This document shows positions 11,184 to 25,101 of a stretch of DNA of 64,000 nt, one piece after another. Numbering within the stretch: the first letter of the stretch is position 1; every line of letters begins with the position of its first letter. Under the pieces are notes generated by a model, which did not search any database, was not told the DNA's origin, and saw nothing but the letters and a program-made list of their open reading frames with translations. The translations under genes and the position numbers were made by a program. The DNA is from Octopus sinensis (Eukaryota): positions 72,168,001 to 72,232,000 of the forward strand of contig NC_042999.1 of the NCBI RefSeq assembly GCF_006345805.1. Reading direction: 5' to 3'.

Positions 11184-12630
11184 ACTAGCAGTATCGCCCG
11201 GCGTTGCTCGGGTTTGTAAGGGAAATAACTATATAAGCATTTTTAGTGAATTATAGCAAAAAATGCATTAAAAATGGAATAAAAAATTATGGTAATTTTT
11301 TTTTAAATCGTTGACTCATCGTAGACACTTTTAGAGAGTTACTTCCCTTATATAATAGCGAAAAATGCATTAAAATGGAAAAAGTGATGGTAAATTTTTT
11401 TTTAAATCGTAGACTCATCGTAGACGCGCGCTAATACCCAGAAGGGCTCGATATGAATCACGACTATAAGATACCCGGTTTTGGTTAAACTGCACCGCAA
11501 AATGTGGGAGTAGTTAGGAATCTAAATCGTAAGAGACAGACACACAACTTCACTTTTATACATAAAGATTTGTGCAACAACTAAAACATTCGGTTGCGCA
11601 AATTGTTTGCACAGGAAACCTGCCCTGTGTGGCGGTTTTTGCCGTTTTTGTGGATCTGTTTCAGCTTTTTTAGCGATTTCTGTTTTGGCGACTTCAAGCC
11701 ATGAAGTCGTTGTTCTAAAAGAACGCTGGTCTCCTTGACAACGCTTTACGACGTTGATTTCCCTACCCTGCCTTCCCCACAGCTTCACGAGGGAGGGAAG
11801 AAGGGGAGGAGCTACACAGGTGCAGGTGCGAGCATGAACGCCAACGCCGCCACCGACACACGAAAAAATTGGAAGAACCCAGACGACAGCTTCAGCCACC
11901 ACCACAACCACCACCACTACCACCATGACCACCACCACCACTACGCCCATGACCATCACTAACACCATCATGAAGACCACCACGACCACCACCATCATCA
12001 CCACCACCACCACCGCTTCCACTACCACCGCCTCCACCACCACCATAATATGCCTCTGCTCTCTCCTTTTGGCTACTAAATCCATTACCATATTTCACAA
12101 GTACCATCGCCATACAATATTGCCTTCAAAAGTTTGTTTGGATAATATTTTTTAAGTAAAAGTTGTGCAACAACTAAAACATTCGATTGTGCAAATTGTT
12201 TGCACGGGAAACCTTCCCTGTGTGGCGTGTTTCCCGATTTTGTAGAATTTGCTTTCGGGCTTTCTTAGCCATTTCTGTTTTGGTGTCTTCAAGCCATGAG
12301 GTCGTTGTTCTCAAAGAACGCTGGTCTCCTTAACAACGCTTTACAACGTTGATTTCCTTACACTCCCTTCCCCACATCTTAACGAGGGAGGAAAGAAGGG
12401 GGAGAAGCAATTTAAAAAATATGTGTTAAAATGGAAAAAAATGATGTTAAATTATTTTTAAAATTGTAGACTCATCGTAGACGCGCGTTAATACCCAGAC
12501 GGGCTTGATATGAATTACGACTATAAGATACCCGAATTTGGTTAAACTGCACCGCAAAATGTGGGAGTAGTTAGGAATCTAAATCGTAGGAGACAGACAC
12601 TCACACAACTTCACTTTTATAAATATAGAT
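11184..12630 (+). mobile_element. Composite non-autonomous Helitron/HINE-like element
   Basis: 5' actag plus cccg...cggg hairpin. Module H at 11184-11569 and 12409-12630, each ending cacttttat...agat. Module X at 11570-11812 and 12163-12408. (ACC)n-rich spacer at 11890-12050. Confidence 0.6.
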
Positions 12631-13425
12631 AAGTGAATATTTGAGCAACTGCCATTAGCATGTAATATATATAAGACCTGCTACGACATCCTTCATTTAT
12701 TACATAGTCGAGACTAGCATACCGAAGCGTCAAAATCACTGTCACCACTCAACTTGTAAAAGTTAAATAAATATGCGTTGGAGTGGCTGTGTGGTATAGG
12801 TGTAGTAGTAGCTGTGTGGTAAGTAGCTTGCTTACCTACTTCCCATGAGTATCTGTTGTCAGTGTACGCATGTGTCATTGTGTTCTGCACCGAAGAAGAT
12901 AGCCGGCAGTGTTTAGCCTGCCAAAAGAAGCTGCTGCAAGGTAAGACTTTTGTCTCTTGGATCCAGTGGGGGTTATTGTCTGTGGTTATATTTTTTACAA
13001 ACAAGGAGTCCTCACTGGATTCACGATGTTGGTCTGCTTATGGTTCAGCAATGTTGTTCACATTAAGTGAAAATCTTTTTTCTCATTGTGAGAAGTACAG
13101 TTTGGGGGCATATCCTTCAACCAAAGTCGTCCACTATTTGTAAATAGTGTGTATTTTTACATCTACGTTTACCAATAATTGGAAAGCTATATTTCAAGTG
13201 GTGCAGTCCAGGTTCTAATCGGAGTACCAGAGGGCTTGGAGTACTTGAATGCCCAGAAGATTTTTTTGCTGTGAACTGTTGAACAGTTGTTTTCTTCTAT
13301 CGCGACTTTCTTACTGAATTGTTTGCTTTTTCTTTTCTTCCCTTTTGTTTCCTTTTGATTCCTCCCTTTTCTTTTTGAAATTTGTGAACTACTGTTTTGG
13401 ACTTTTTTTATTTTTAAATTAAAAC

Positions 13426-14390
13426 ATGGCAAAAATACGGATAAGATTGTAGAGTGGGATATTGTCCCATCTAAGGGGTGGCTCAGACAGCAAGATGAGA
13501 GGACGGTGGTGTTGAGAACGTATTCGAAGGTTCTCGACACCATTGCCGTCTTCTCCAAGCAGGAGTTGGCGGAACATCTGTCAACCATTAAGTATATCTC
13601 TACGGGTGTCAAATATGCAACGGTGTGGTTGCTGTTTGACACCCCAGAGGATGCTCGCGGTTTTGCGAGCCAGCCCCTTGAGGGTAAAGAAATTTTGGTT
13701 TTTTTCCCACTTATTGTGGGAAAAAATTGACGAGGGCCTGGGTCTGTGGTTTTCCACCCGGAATTGAACACCAGTAGATAGAAGGTACTATCCGTCGGGG
13801 TCTGGGTGGCAGCTGAGCCAGGCTCTTCAATATGGAAATTCTTCCTGCAGCTGATTGGGTTGGGTCAAAAGCTGTTTTGAACCGGTGGGCCCAATCAGCC
13901 ATGGATCTGGTTATGCCAGATGTTTTGAAAATGGCCGGGTGCAGGTACTCGGTGATTCTTGAGGGTCGACAACCTCTCAGGTGTCATCGGTGCCTGGAGC
14001 CTCGCCATATAAAGAAAAACTGTCCTCGGGAACAAAGCAAAGTCTTGGAGCAGTTGATTGAGAAGAAGGAAAGAAGGCGGCCGAGGAGACGGAGGACTCC
14101 TCAAAGAAGGGCTGCAAGAGGAAGAAGGTGAGCAACAATGGGTGCTCATCGAAGGATCCTAGTGATGAGGGAGGGGAGGCGAATCTCCCGCAGTTGATAG
14201 AAAAGAAAGAGGAAGAGGAAGAGAAACGGGACATTACCGACAGTCAGTGACATAGCACCGGAATGTCCCGGAACCTTGCCGGTAGAGGTCATGCCACCGG
14301 CACCTGAAGAGACACTGTTGGGGGAATTTGCGCCGCCAACAGTAGCGTTTTTTTGCCTTCTCCCGTCAATATCATATTTTTTCATCATTC
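13426..14390 (+). pseudogene. Tx1-like ORF1 remnant of a second family; no ORF2
   Basis: IKYISTGVKYATVWLLFDTPEDARGFASQP aligns by eye with VTYISGGERCGTVEVRFATEEMAKKLSMEP of ORF1 at 431. CCHC knuckle EGRQPLRCHRCLEPRHIKKNC. Frameshifts and in-frame stops present. Confidence 0.8.
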
Positions 14391-14420
14391 ATCTCATTAA
14401 TGCTTTTGTAATGCCGTCAT

Positions 14421-14583
14421 GGTAAATTTGATGAAATAGAGTAGCTTGTTTACGAACCACATGGTTCCGGGTTCAGTCCCTCTGCGTGGCACCTTGGGCA
14501 AGTGTCTTCTGCTATAGTCTCGGGCCAACGAACGCCTTGTGAGTGGATTTGGTAAACGGAAGCTGAAAAAAGCCCGTCGAATA

Positions 14584-14618
<35 letters not shown>

Positions 14619-14870
14619 GAGTGTGTGTGTGTGTGTATGTGGGTATATTTTTGTGCGTCTGTGTTTGTCCACCCCCCAACATCGCTTGACAACCGATGCT
14701 GGTGTGTTTACGTCCCCGTAACTTAGCGGTTCGGAAAAAGAGACCGATAGAATAAGTACTAGGCTTACAAAGAATAAGTCCTGGGGTCGATTTGCTCGAC
14801 TAAAGACTAAAGGTGGTGCTCCTGCATGGCCACACTCACATGACTCAAACAAGTAAAAGAGTAAAAGAGT
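14421..14870 (+). mobile_element. SINE family A, near full length, with internal TA/TG microsatellite
   Basis: tRNA-like head (ggttccgggttcagtccc), ccttgggcaagtgtctt core, internal microsatellite and agtaaaagag tail. Confidence 0.88.
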
Positions 14871-15009
14871 ATGTATTCTAAAATAAGTATTGCGTATTCA
14901 ACTTAATGTAATCGACCTCAAAACAAACATATAAATATATATATATATATATTTATATATATCTGCATATACCTGTATATTTATACCTATTGATAGCTAG
15001 CTAGGTAGA

Positions 15010-15123
15010 TTTATATATATATATATTATATATATATATATATTATATATAATATATATATATATATAAGTATATATATATATATATATGTATAAACGTA
15101 TATATGCATATATATATATATAC

Positions 15124-15154
<31 letters not shown>

Positions 15155-15232
15155 CATATATACCTATACATACATATATATACATATATATACATATATA
15201 TACCTATATATACATATATATACATATATATA

Positions 15233-15266
<34 letters not shown>

Positions 15267-15288
15267 CTATATATATATATATATATAT

Positions 15289-15368
<80 letters not shown>

Positions 15369-15400
15369 ATATATGCGTATATATACACACTCACACACAC
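15010..15400. repeat. Long imperfect (TA)n/(TATACA)n microsatellite
   Basis: Direct reading; this tract explains the spurious YI-repeat ORFs. Confidence 0.95.
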
Positions 15401-15773
15401 AGACTTATGTATTTTTCCAAAAGAAGTAATGTATCTTAGCGACAGATGTGTAGATACTGATAAAGGTCTCTTGAATATTACAATACAATCATTAAAAAAT
15501 GTAACCATGTAATAGAAATAAGATTTATTCTAGAATTTCAGTATTGTTATTCAATCATTACTTTGTTCAACCATTATTCTCTATATCATTTTAAAAACAA
15601 TAAATAAAGCAATAATAATATTAATCGTTATTTCTTTTAGTCGCCTCAAGAGTGGAAAATAGGAGGAATTACAAGGACAAATTATAAAATCCATAGGGGC
15701 TTCAACAGAAATCGATTATGAAAAATTAAAAAAAGAAAAAAAAACAAGCATACAAAACAACAACCATTACTGC

Positions 15774-15812
<39 letters not shown>

Positions 15813-15825
15813 GATAAAGATAAAG

Positions 15826-15863
<38 letters not shown>

Positions 15864-15912
15864 GACAAAGATAATAATAATAATAATAAAGATAAAGATA
15901 ATAATAATAATA

Positions 15913-15966
<54 letters not shown>

Positions 15967-16750
15967 GAATATTCGAATCAAACTGTTCTGTTTAATAAAA
16001 GCAACCATTCAATGGAGAGAAATGAATTTCGCTCCTAGATGTCCAGCAATTGACGATGTTATTATATCTATTCACGACTGAAATAGTACGCTTATGTATA
16101 AGAGAGACAGTATGATTAGAAATACCAACAAAATATGTCTGGTGTCATTTTCGGATCGTGGATTCTATTGGGGTTTTTTTTTTGTTTTTTTTTTGTTTTG
16201 CTTTGTTTTGTTGTTTATCTTTTTGTCCTATCATTCTCTTTTGTTTGTTTGTTTTTATTTATTTTTTTTTCTCTCTCTCTGAAAAACTACACCAGAAAAC
16301 TTCCTGATTTATTTACTTACATCATTACTTTCTGTCATTACTGTTGAAGATGATGATGTTGATCATCCACATGATAATCATGATGATGATGTTCTTAGTG
16401 TTGGTGTTTTTGTTAATGGTAGTATTTGGAGATTTCTTTCTTTTATCTATTGCAAAGTAAAAGTAATAAAAATGTAATTATTTCTTTAAGATTATTCGCT
16501 AAATCGAGGGTTTTATATGAAAAGCGAAATATATTATAGAAGAGAAGATTAAATAGTATTCTATAATAGAAGGCTATTTCTGCAATAATGATGAAAATTA
16601 ATAGATACAGTTTCCACTTCTTTCTTTTTTCGTTCTCAATTCAGAAATTACATTTCTATAAAACGATTGGTGTAAATAATCAAGTATATGTCTGTAATAT
16701 ATATCTAAAGGGAATAATAATAATAATAATAATAAATAAGATAGAGAAAA

Positions 16751-16784
<34 letters not shown>

Positions 16785-17850
16785 TAGTAGTAGTAGTAGG
16801 AAGAAGAAGAAGAAGAAGAAGAAGAAGAAGAAGAAGAAGAAGAATTCAGATATTCGCATCTACTAATATGATGGAAACTACAATGAACACACACATATAC
16901 ACACGCACAAGCTATCCTGCAGGCTCAGTGCATATCATTACGTGTATTTAAAAAACAGGACTCTACTCTATAAGAAAACATGAGGAAAAGTGAGAAGAAA
17001 AATGCAATGGGGTTGATTGAAAAAGTGGACTGAGAAGAAAGTGAAGAAAAGTAAGAGAAACAAGATCTTAATTTTCTTTGCAAAAATCATATTAATATCA
17101 GATTAATATAACAGAAAGGATGTCAGTCCGGAGTGAGTGTTGTCCTCCAGTCCAACAAAAGAAACTTCTCCATGTGCTTCCACTTGCTAAACATTTCAGA
17201 TCTGAAATTAAGTAGTTATGCATAACTTGCATCTCTTTGATCCATTTATGTATGGCGTAGCTTTCTTCACCTATCTCCACTTGACTGTACAGGCAAAGAG
17301 GACGAAAATCTTGGTTTTCTTACTTTTCCTTGCATTCTTCTCATTCCACTTTTTGCATCAACCTCCTTCACAATTTTTGTACTCGTTTTTTCTCATGTCT
17401 TCTCATGGCTTCTTATGAAAGTTATTCAAGATTACAATTGTAAATAAACGGTCAAGTATATGCATATATTATACACATGGGTATGTATAATATATATATA
17501 TATGAGAATGAGCGCTCAATACCGCATTGGTGAATAAAGATTCTCTATTTGTGAATTAAGGCTACTGTTGGTTTCATGCTAAGGGAGCCCATATACACAA
17601 TATCATACCTAGATATAATTCATACCAGAGGCATACAGGGTGCATCCATAATGAACGACATGTTAGAGCAGATGTACAAGAAAATTTCTGCCTATTTTAA
17701 CTTTCAAGGTCTAGATATATAGCCCGGAAATATAATAGTATATATTTACCAAAGGTTCTAAGTGAGATCGAACCAGAGATCACATGGTTGCGAAGCTTAC
17801 TACATATCTTTACCTGTGGCATACGAGGGCATATATATATATATATATAA

Positions 17851-17942
<92 letters not shown>

Positions 17943-17959
17943 CAACAACAACAACAATA

Positions 17960-20585
17960 ACAACAACAACAATAGAAATAGAAAAGGAGAAAATAGCCCT
18001 GTCATGGAAGAAGTTGAAAACGTCTGGAAAAATATCTGGAGTGATGAAAATACAATGAAATTGCAGACTGGATTAGACGCACAGAAGGATCCTACCAGAA
18101 TTTACCAAAGACATGGGAATGCATCACAGTAGCAGACCTAAGGATGAAACGCACGAAGGCTCATAAGAGGAAATGTCCTAGTAATGATGGGTGCCAAATT
18201 TTGAGCTCGCCTCGCTCCCGTGCGCACACGAAAAGTTAGTCCAATTATTCAATGAAAATATGAGAGATCCTACGGAAACACCTGATTGGTTAGCCAGAAG
18301 AATAATGAAACCAAATTTCCCCAAAACTATCGACCCATAACATATCTATCTACCATGTATAAAATTTTAACATCCATCCTCGAGGAGAAAACATGCAAAT
18401 TTATAGAACGATATTTTCACAACTGAACAAAAAAGATGGCGACGAGGCTCATATGGATGCAAAGACCAACTCTTAATCAATCGCATGATCCTTGAGAACT
18501 GTCATAACAAACGCAGAAATTTCAATTCTGCATGGAATCATTATGAAAAGGCTTTCGACAGCATACCACATTCATGAATCTTGAAATCGCTGGATATCTT
18601 CAAACTTTATCCTGTAATTTCAAATTTCCTGAAGCACATGCCAATGTGGAATATGAATCTCCAATTATACCATTCTAATGGAGAATTGACCACAAAAATT
18701 ATCAATATCAACTGCAACATTTTCCAAGGTGACATACTTTCAACTTTAATTTTCTGCATAGTCCTAATACCCCTTACAAGTGTGCTTAACAGAACAGGGT
18801 ATGGATATAAAATTGGCAGCAAGGAATTAAGTCATCTATTTTATATGGATGACTTAAAACTCTATAGCAAAGACGATAATGAGTTTGAAGGGCTACAACG
18901 TATTGTGAAAGCATTCAGTGATGAAATCGGGGTCGAATTTAGTCTTGATAAATGTGCAAAGGCCACTTTCCAGAAAGGGAAACCGATGACCTCATTTTCA
19001 ATGGTATTGGATGTTGACACAGTCATAAAAGAACTCGAGCAGGAACAAACTTACAAATACCTCGGAATAAATTAAGGCTCTGGCATTCAGCATGAACGTA
19101 TGAAAGAGATCAGGAAGGAGTGTTACAGGAGAGTTCCAGCAGTCATAAAATCCAAGTTAAATGCACGTAACAAGGTGTTAACTATAAATTCTTTCGCAGT
19201 TCCGGTTGTTATTTACAGCTTCAATGTGTTGAACTGGAATATGAGCAAAATAAGGAAGATTGGCAGGAAAATCCGTAAGCTGCTGACTTGTAATAACACG
19301 CACCACCCAAAGGTAGACGCATATAGCCTTTACCCATCCAGAGCTCAAGGAGGTCGAAGCTTGATCCAATTTGATCTCTCCTACAAAACCACCGCAATTG
19401 GACTGGTAAAATATCTTGAAACATCTAACAGCTGGATGCTAAAGCTCGTTGAGAACCATGAAAAACGTAAGAAGCTTCATTCTGTTATGAAGGAGAGGAA
19501 AAAGGCTAAAGTGAGATTATGCACAATATCCCGGTTGAACAGCATGATGGAAGTACAGCAACTGCAGTTGCAAAGGTGAAATTAATAGCAAAGCAAAATG
19601 CATTTGAACAATCTGCTGATAGGTGGGAACAAAAACCTCTGCATGGCAAATATGTGGCCTGTCTAACAAGCTGATGTAGACCAGAAGCACAGCCATCAGT
19701 GGCTGCGGAGCTCAGGGCTAAAGGTAGAGAGTGAAGGCTTTATCTTGGCTGCCCAAGCTCAGACATTATTAATTCGGAACTATCAAGCCAATGTGATGAA
19801 AAATGGTGTAGATCCAAAGTGCCGATACTGCAACGATGGGAAAGAAATAGTAGACCACCTAATCATTGGATGTAAGCTCTTGGCACCTGTAGAGTACAAA
19901 TCATGACGTGACAGAGCTGGCCAATATCTGCATTGGATAACGTGTCGACATTATGAAATCAAGTTTGCTGACAAACGGTACAAGCACTACCCTGAGGGAG
20001 AAAATGTAACTACTCTTTGGGACTTCCCAGTATGTACAGACCAGCCCATCAAAACAAATAATCCAGATATTGTTGTGAAAGACTGAAAAAATAAAGTCTG
20101 TTTATTGATTGACATGAGCATACCCTGTGACCATAATATGTCGGCAAAAGAATTTGATAAGCTCATAAAATATAAAGATTTGCTAATCGAAATCGAAAAG
20201 ATGTGGCATCTCAGGACGGTTACAATACCAGTGATTGTAGGAAACTTAGAATGATCAAAGAAAGAACTGAAAATTATTTAAGAATGATCTCTGGCTTACC
20301 ATCCATGCTGTAAGAGCAAAAGATTGTCTTAACTGGTACGTCACGAGTACTGAGAAGAGCATTTTCGCTGTGAATTTTCTTTCCTTTTTCCCCGCTTTAT
20401 TTTATTTGTTTACTTTTTTTATATTTTCCTTTTTCTCTCTGTCTTCCCCTATTTCTCTATCACATGACTTTGTAAATGAGCAATCTGGTGTATTTATTTT
20501 AATGACCTACCAATGTATACAGAACGTTTCTCTGCCCTAGTTGCCAGGAAGACGCTCGGCAAGAAGATGCTAATGAAACTAATGA

Positions 20586-20587
<2 letters not shown>
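17960..20587 (+). pseudogene. 5'-truncated, decayed R4/Dong-like non-LTR retrotransposon (RT plus restriction-like endonuclease)
   Basis: NYRPIT, GSYGCKDQLLIN, FQGD, YMDD, NNPDIVVKD, LLIDMSIP, KYKDL; many stops and frameshifts. 3' UTR followed by (TAA)n from 20588; AAT/AAC repeats on the 5' side. Confidence 0.9.
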
Positions 20588-20647
<60 letters not shown>

Positions 20648-20648
20648 T

Positions 20649-20929
20649 AATTTCTAAATTTTTTTAGGTGTTCGTTTGTATGTCCGTTCAGAGAAAACTG
20701 TGGTGTTTTTTTTACAATAAAAATATTTACATTTTCGAATATTCAAGGAAAAATGAACCGAAAGAAAAGGAAGGGAATCTTATTTTTCACAGAAAATTGT
20801 AGGTATGAATTTTTAAAATTTACTGGAGATGCCCTTTTGTCTGTCCGAACAGAGAAAACAATAGTGGTCTTGGAATAAAGTTTTCTCTGAACAGACATTC
20901 AAACGAACACCTCAAAAAATTTAGAAATT
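20649..20929. mobile_element. MITE-like element with ~50-bp terminal inverted repeats
   Basis: 20649-20698 is nearly the reverse complement of 20880-20929. Related internal sequence recurs at about 47025-47130. Confidence 0.7.
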
Positions 20930-21543
20930 TTAATATCTCCAATTTTGTGAACAGAATATGTAAACATGCCTTTTATTGTAACAACACAGTTAAATGCACG
21001 ATAAAAAAATTAAGGAAGTAAGCACCTGCCAATATATACATACTGCACTTCAGCAAAAACTGTAAACCACAGCAAAACTTTTAAAAAGAAAAGAAAAAAA
21101 TCCAAAAGAAATTCAGAAATTCAAAAGGCCAACAAAGTGAACATCTCTTCCTCCTACTATTCCCAAAGACTGGAATATCTACAATTTCCTGAGAATATTT
21201 TAATTCTACGTCAAAATAAAATAAGGAAACTTACATACCAACAGCTTTCGAACACACAAGCGGTCAGCTTTAAAAAAAGAAATTTAATATTTACAACTAC
21301 TCTATCCTTTCCTTTCTCCCTGAGTATTCGAAAATGTAAACATCCTTTTCATTGCAAAAGTCCTACTGTATTCTCCAACTGGGCAGAAAAACGAACATCT
21401 CAATAAAACTTTAAAAATTTAATATATTACCCAAATTCGTAAACATATCCTTTATAGCAACAACACAATTGAATTCAGAAATTCAAAAATTCAACGACGT
21501 GAATATCAGTATATATGTGTGTATGTATATATATATGTATATA

Positions 21544-21631
<88 letters not shown>

Positions 21632-21992
21632 GTATATATATATGTATGTATATATATATGTGTGTGTGTGTATGTGTGTGTGTGTGTGTGTGTTGATTTT
21701 CTACTAGTAATTACAAATAGAACAGGTTGAATTGCTTCTTTTTAAGGCACCGCTCTCAGTGGCCACTGGTAGTAATAAACACATTATATGATCAAGCTAG
21801 AGTAATAAGAATAAATTGTTGATTCGCTGAAGTAGAGCTAGAAGCTATCAAACGACGGGTCATGGAAAATAGCAGCAGAGATAACAATGAAAATACGGTT
21901 CTTACTAATAAGAGTAATCTCATAGGACAGGAAATGAGCAGTGGTAATTTACTTGATGAGAGACATATAGATGATCTAAAAGAAGACAATAT

Positions 21993-22386
21993 TTACGAAG
22001 TTATTTAACGTTAAAGTTCTCGTATTTCGGTAATTTCAACCAATCAATGGCGTGTATTGAGCTGAATAAAATTACTGCCGTTGTTTGTCAACAACAACTA
22101 TCGGCAGTGTATATTTCGTTTGTCACTGTTATTTATGACACCGTTCGTGCGTTTGTACTGGTTTTAAGGTTTTAGGGTTAGGGTTTTAGGGTTAGGGTTG
22201 GGGTTTTAGAGTTAGGGTGAGGGTTTTAGGGTTAGGGTTGTCATAAATAACAGTGACAAACGAAATATACAACGCCGAAAGTTCTTGTTGACAAACAACA
22301 GCAGTAGTTTTATTCAGCTGCATGCACGTCATTGATTGGTTGAAATTACTGTAATACGAGAACTTTAACGTGAAATAACTTCGTAA
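21993..22386. mobile_element. Inverted-repeat element: 148-bp arms around a telomere-like TTAGGG/TTTTAGGG array
   Basis: Arms 21993-22140 and 22239-22386 are imperfect reverse complements. Array at about 22162-22238. Confidence 0.85.
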
Positions 22387-22531
22387 TTATATGATTTTCT
22401 CAAAAATGCTAAGAGTAAAAGATGTTTTATATGACACATTATAACAGAATCCGAAGTTTGAAAGTGTTTAGCTACAAAAAATTAGTTTTTAAATCTGTCG
22501 GTCAAAAGGTAAAGATCCAATAATAGTGATG

Positions 22532-22583
<52 letters not shown>

Positions 22584-22585
<2 letters not shown>

Positions 22586-22760
22586 GTTTCAAATTTTGGC
22601 ACATGGCCTGTAATTTCGGGAGAGCGGGTAAGTCAATTATGTCGACCCATAGTTCAATTGATACTTATTTTTATTGACTCCGAAACGATGAAAGGCAAAA
22701 TGGACCTGGGCGAAGTTCGAAGACAGAACATAAAGACTGTCTAAATACCTCTATGCATTT
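22584..22760 (-). mobile_element. SINE family B, degenerate copy
   Basis: Reverse complement resembles gcctttcatcctttcggggtcgataa core and ccaaaatttgaaacc tail followed by (TTA)n. Confidence 0.65.
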
Positions 22761-24531
22761 TGTTCGGTGTGTTAACAATTCAGCCCGTTCGCTGCCTTAA
22801 GTAATGGTAATAACAGCATTGATGTTGCTAAAACCAAATGTGTAGCCTAACGCCTTAATTAGAGATGATTATTCACTTTAAATTCCAATGAATGACAGAA
22901 TAGCAAGAAGAAAAAGACAAAACACACCAATTATTAAATGACTTTAATAACATTCTCTAATGTGTCGTTCTTGTTTTCAAGACGACAGGGTGTTATGTAC
23001 TTTACCACGTAAAGACATCTTTGTTGGAGCGTTTAATATAATGCAAGAGCCTGGCCAAATGCTACAGAGTAGTATTACATCAATCAGTTTGATCCCGCTG
23101 CATTCTGAGTTCGAATCTCACCGAATTCAATTTTGCTTTTTATTTTCAGGAAACGATATCCTCTACTGAAAATGTAAGGCATTGTGTATGTTATTATTAT
23201 CATTTATTCTGATATTCTTGTTGCTAATAGTTCATAATGCCATGTCATAAATCCATTGCTATCATTATAAGATTGTATCTTTGACATTTAATTTAATATA
23301 ATTTTCTTAATATTCAGATATTTAATAACTGTTGTCGAGCGTGTGTGCAGAGTATTGATTTAGCAACTAAAAGGTCGATATATGTCACTGTCTGTATGCT
23401 GTTTCTATGTTCAACAGGATTAACTCTGTCCGGTTCACTCAACTAGAATAAGAGGTACCCATCAAGGTATCATACACACTACACAAATGACGAAACACAG
23501 AAGTACTGTTCGCATTTATAGGATAGTGTTGCAGTGACACACACAAATATCTTAGATTGCTTACAAAAGATTAAACTGATCAGCGAAAATTCCATAACCA
23601 AGAAAATTCAATTAGAAGCTCGAACAGGAGCACACGCTTCTCCGTTTTCTACTGTTATTATAAAGACCTATGCTCTTTTAATGGTATAGCTTTTCCCACC
23701 ACGCCAGCTTATCTCATCCCTCATCTATCCTCCTGCTAATCTTAATGTGTCTCAATCCCTGGACCTACATCACACACTGAAAATTTCTTCCATCCACAAC
23801 TGCTCATATCCTTCAAATAATTTCATTACTGTTAGGGGCGTCTTAATAGTGCTACAGGCCCCCGAGCAAAGCAATGCAATGGGGCCTCTATATTTATTGA
23901 CAGTAAGCCACAGCACACACAGACATTGAATGGGCTGCTACACGCAGGGGGATCCAGAATGATAACTCGGTGTGCCGACTCTTTAAAACGAGAAGAGATA
24001 AGGGAGGATCATGGAAACTATCCACTTTCCTTATTAAATATTTAAAAAAATGAGAAAACGAATTCTAATACTTTTGTAAGAATTAATGGGGAAAATGAAG
24101 GTTTATATGCCTTACCTCTAAATTAGGAATATTTACGGGATTAACTTTTACACTTTATTTTTCTCTGATTTATAGGATGCAAGTTATACTAAGTTGAGTA
24201 AAGGGACGATGCCATACCTTTAATATATAAGTTTCAATTCCCATTGAAACCAATATAATCCAAGAAAAAAGAAACTCTGGAAAATAATTGTATAATGCCT
24301 CCTCAAATATCCTTTAGCTGCATTATAAATATGAATTCCTTCGTCATAGGTCTGTGACTAAAAAATAGTTTCACATTATTGGGTGACATTCATCAATTTT
24401 TACCTGCTGATTTCAAAATTAGCAAAGAAATTATCCCTTCACTTACAGTTTCTTCACAAAATCGATCATTGCATTTTACCATTATGTCTGAATGTGACCA
24501 TTATCTTTAATTGATACTATTAATTGCCAAT

Positions 24532-24756
24532 GCGGTGAGCTTGCAGAATCGTTAGCATACCGGGCGAAATGCTTAACGGTGTTTCGTCTGCCGTTACGTT
24601 CTGAGTTCAAATTCCGCCGAGGTCGACTTTGCCTTTCATCCTATGGGGTCGATAAATTAAATACCAGTTGTGTACTAGGGTTGATGTAATCGACTATTCC
24701 ACCCCTACATACCCGAAATTTCAGGCCTTTTACCTATGGTAGATAGGATTATTACT
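24532..24756 (+). mobile_element. SINE family B (tail type 1) inserted in the Chapaev-like element
   Basis: gagttcaaattcc B-box, gtcgactttgcctttcatcc core, and aatttcaggcct...gtagataggattatt tail. Confidence 0.88.
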
Positions 24757-25101
24757 ATTCATTGCCATAGCTAAAGAGACTATAGGTGTCATTTTGGAAA
24801 ATATAAACATCTGACAATGTATAAACTGCTCCAGTTACTCACAAGCAATGGGGAGAGAAATACATGCTTTAGAAAGACACGTTACTTAGCTTAAAACGTA
24901 TCGTTTTTTTTTTATTTCAGTTAGTTCATCGTACCTTTATTCTATGTATATATGCTATATATTTTGTTTTATTGTATCATGTGTTATATTTCAATGCTTA
25001 TTTAATGACGTGTATACATTTAGATGTTAAATCAAATATATGCTGTTAAAACGTGTTCCCTTGACCTTTCTATACAGACTTCCACGTTATTTGAAGCAAG
25101 G

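Noticed and set aside
12856-13143. 95-aa ORF with an apparent cag...caag/gtaag exon
   Set aside because: No recognisable protein similarity and no neighbouring exons; lies between repeats.
13456-13468. attgtcccatcta identical to part of the LINE tail motif
   Set aside because: Only 13 nt, inside the ORF1 reading frame, and not followed by the rest of the tail; treated as chance.
17098-17330. Minus-strand 60-aa ORF after a good-looking splice acceptor
   Set aside because: No donor or domain support; could be a decayed retroelement.
22162-22238. True telomere or chromosome end
   Set aside because: Short, heterogeneous, and enclosed by inverted arms in the middle of the window.
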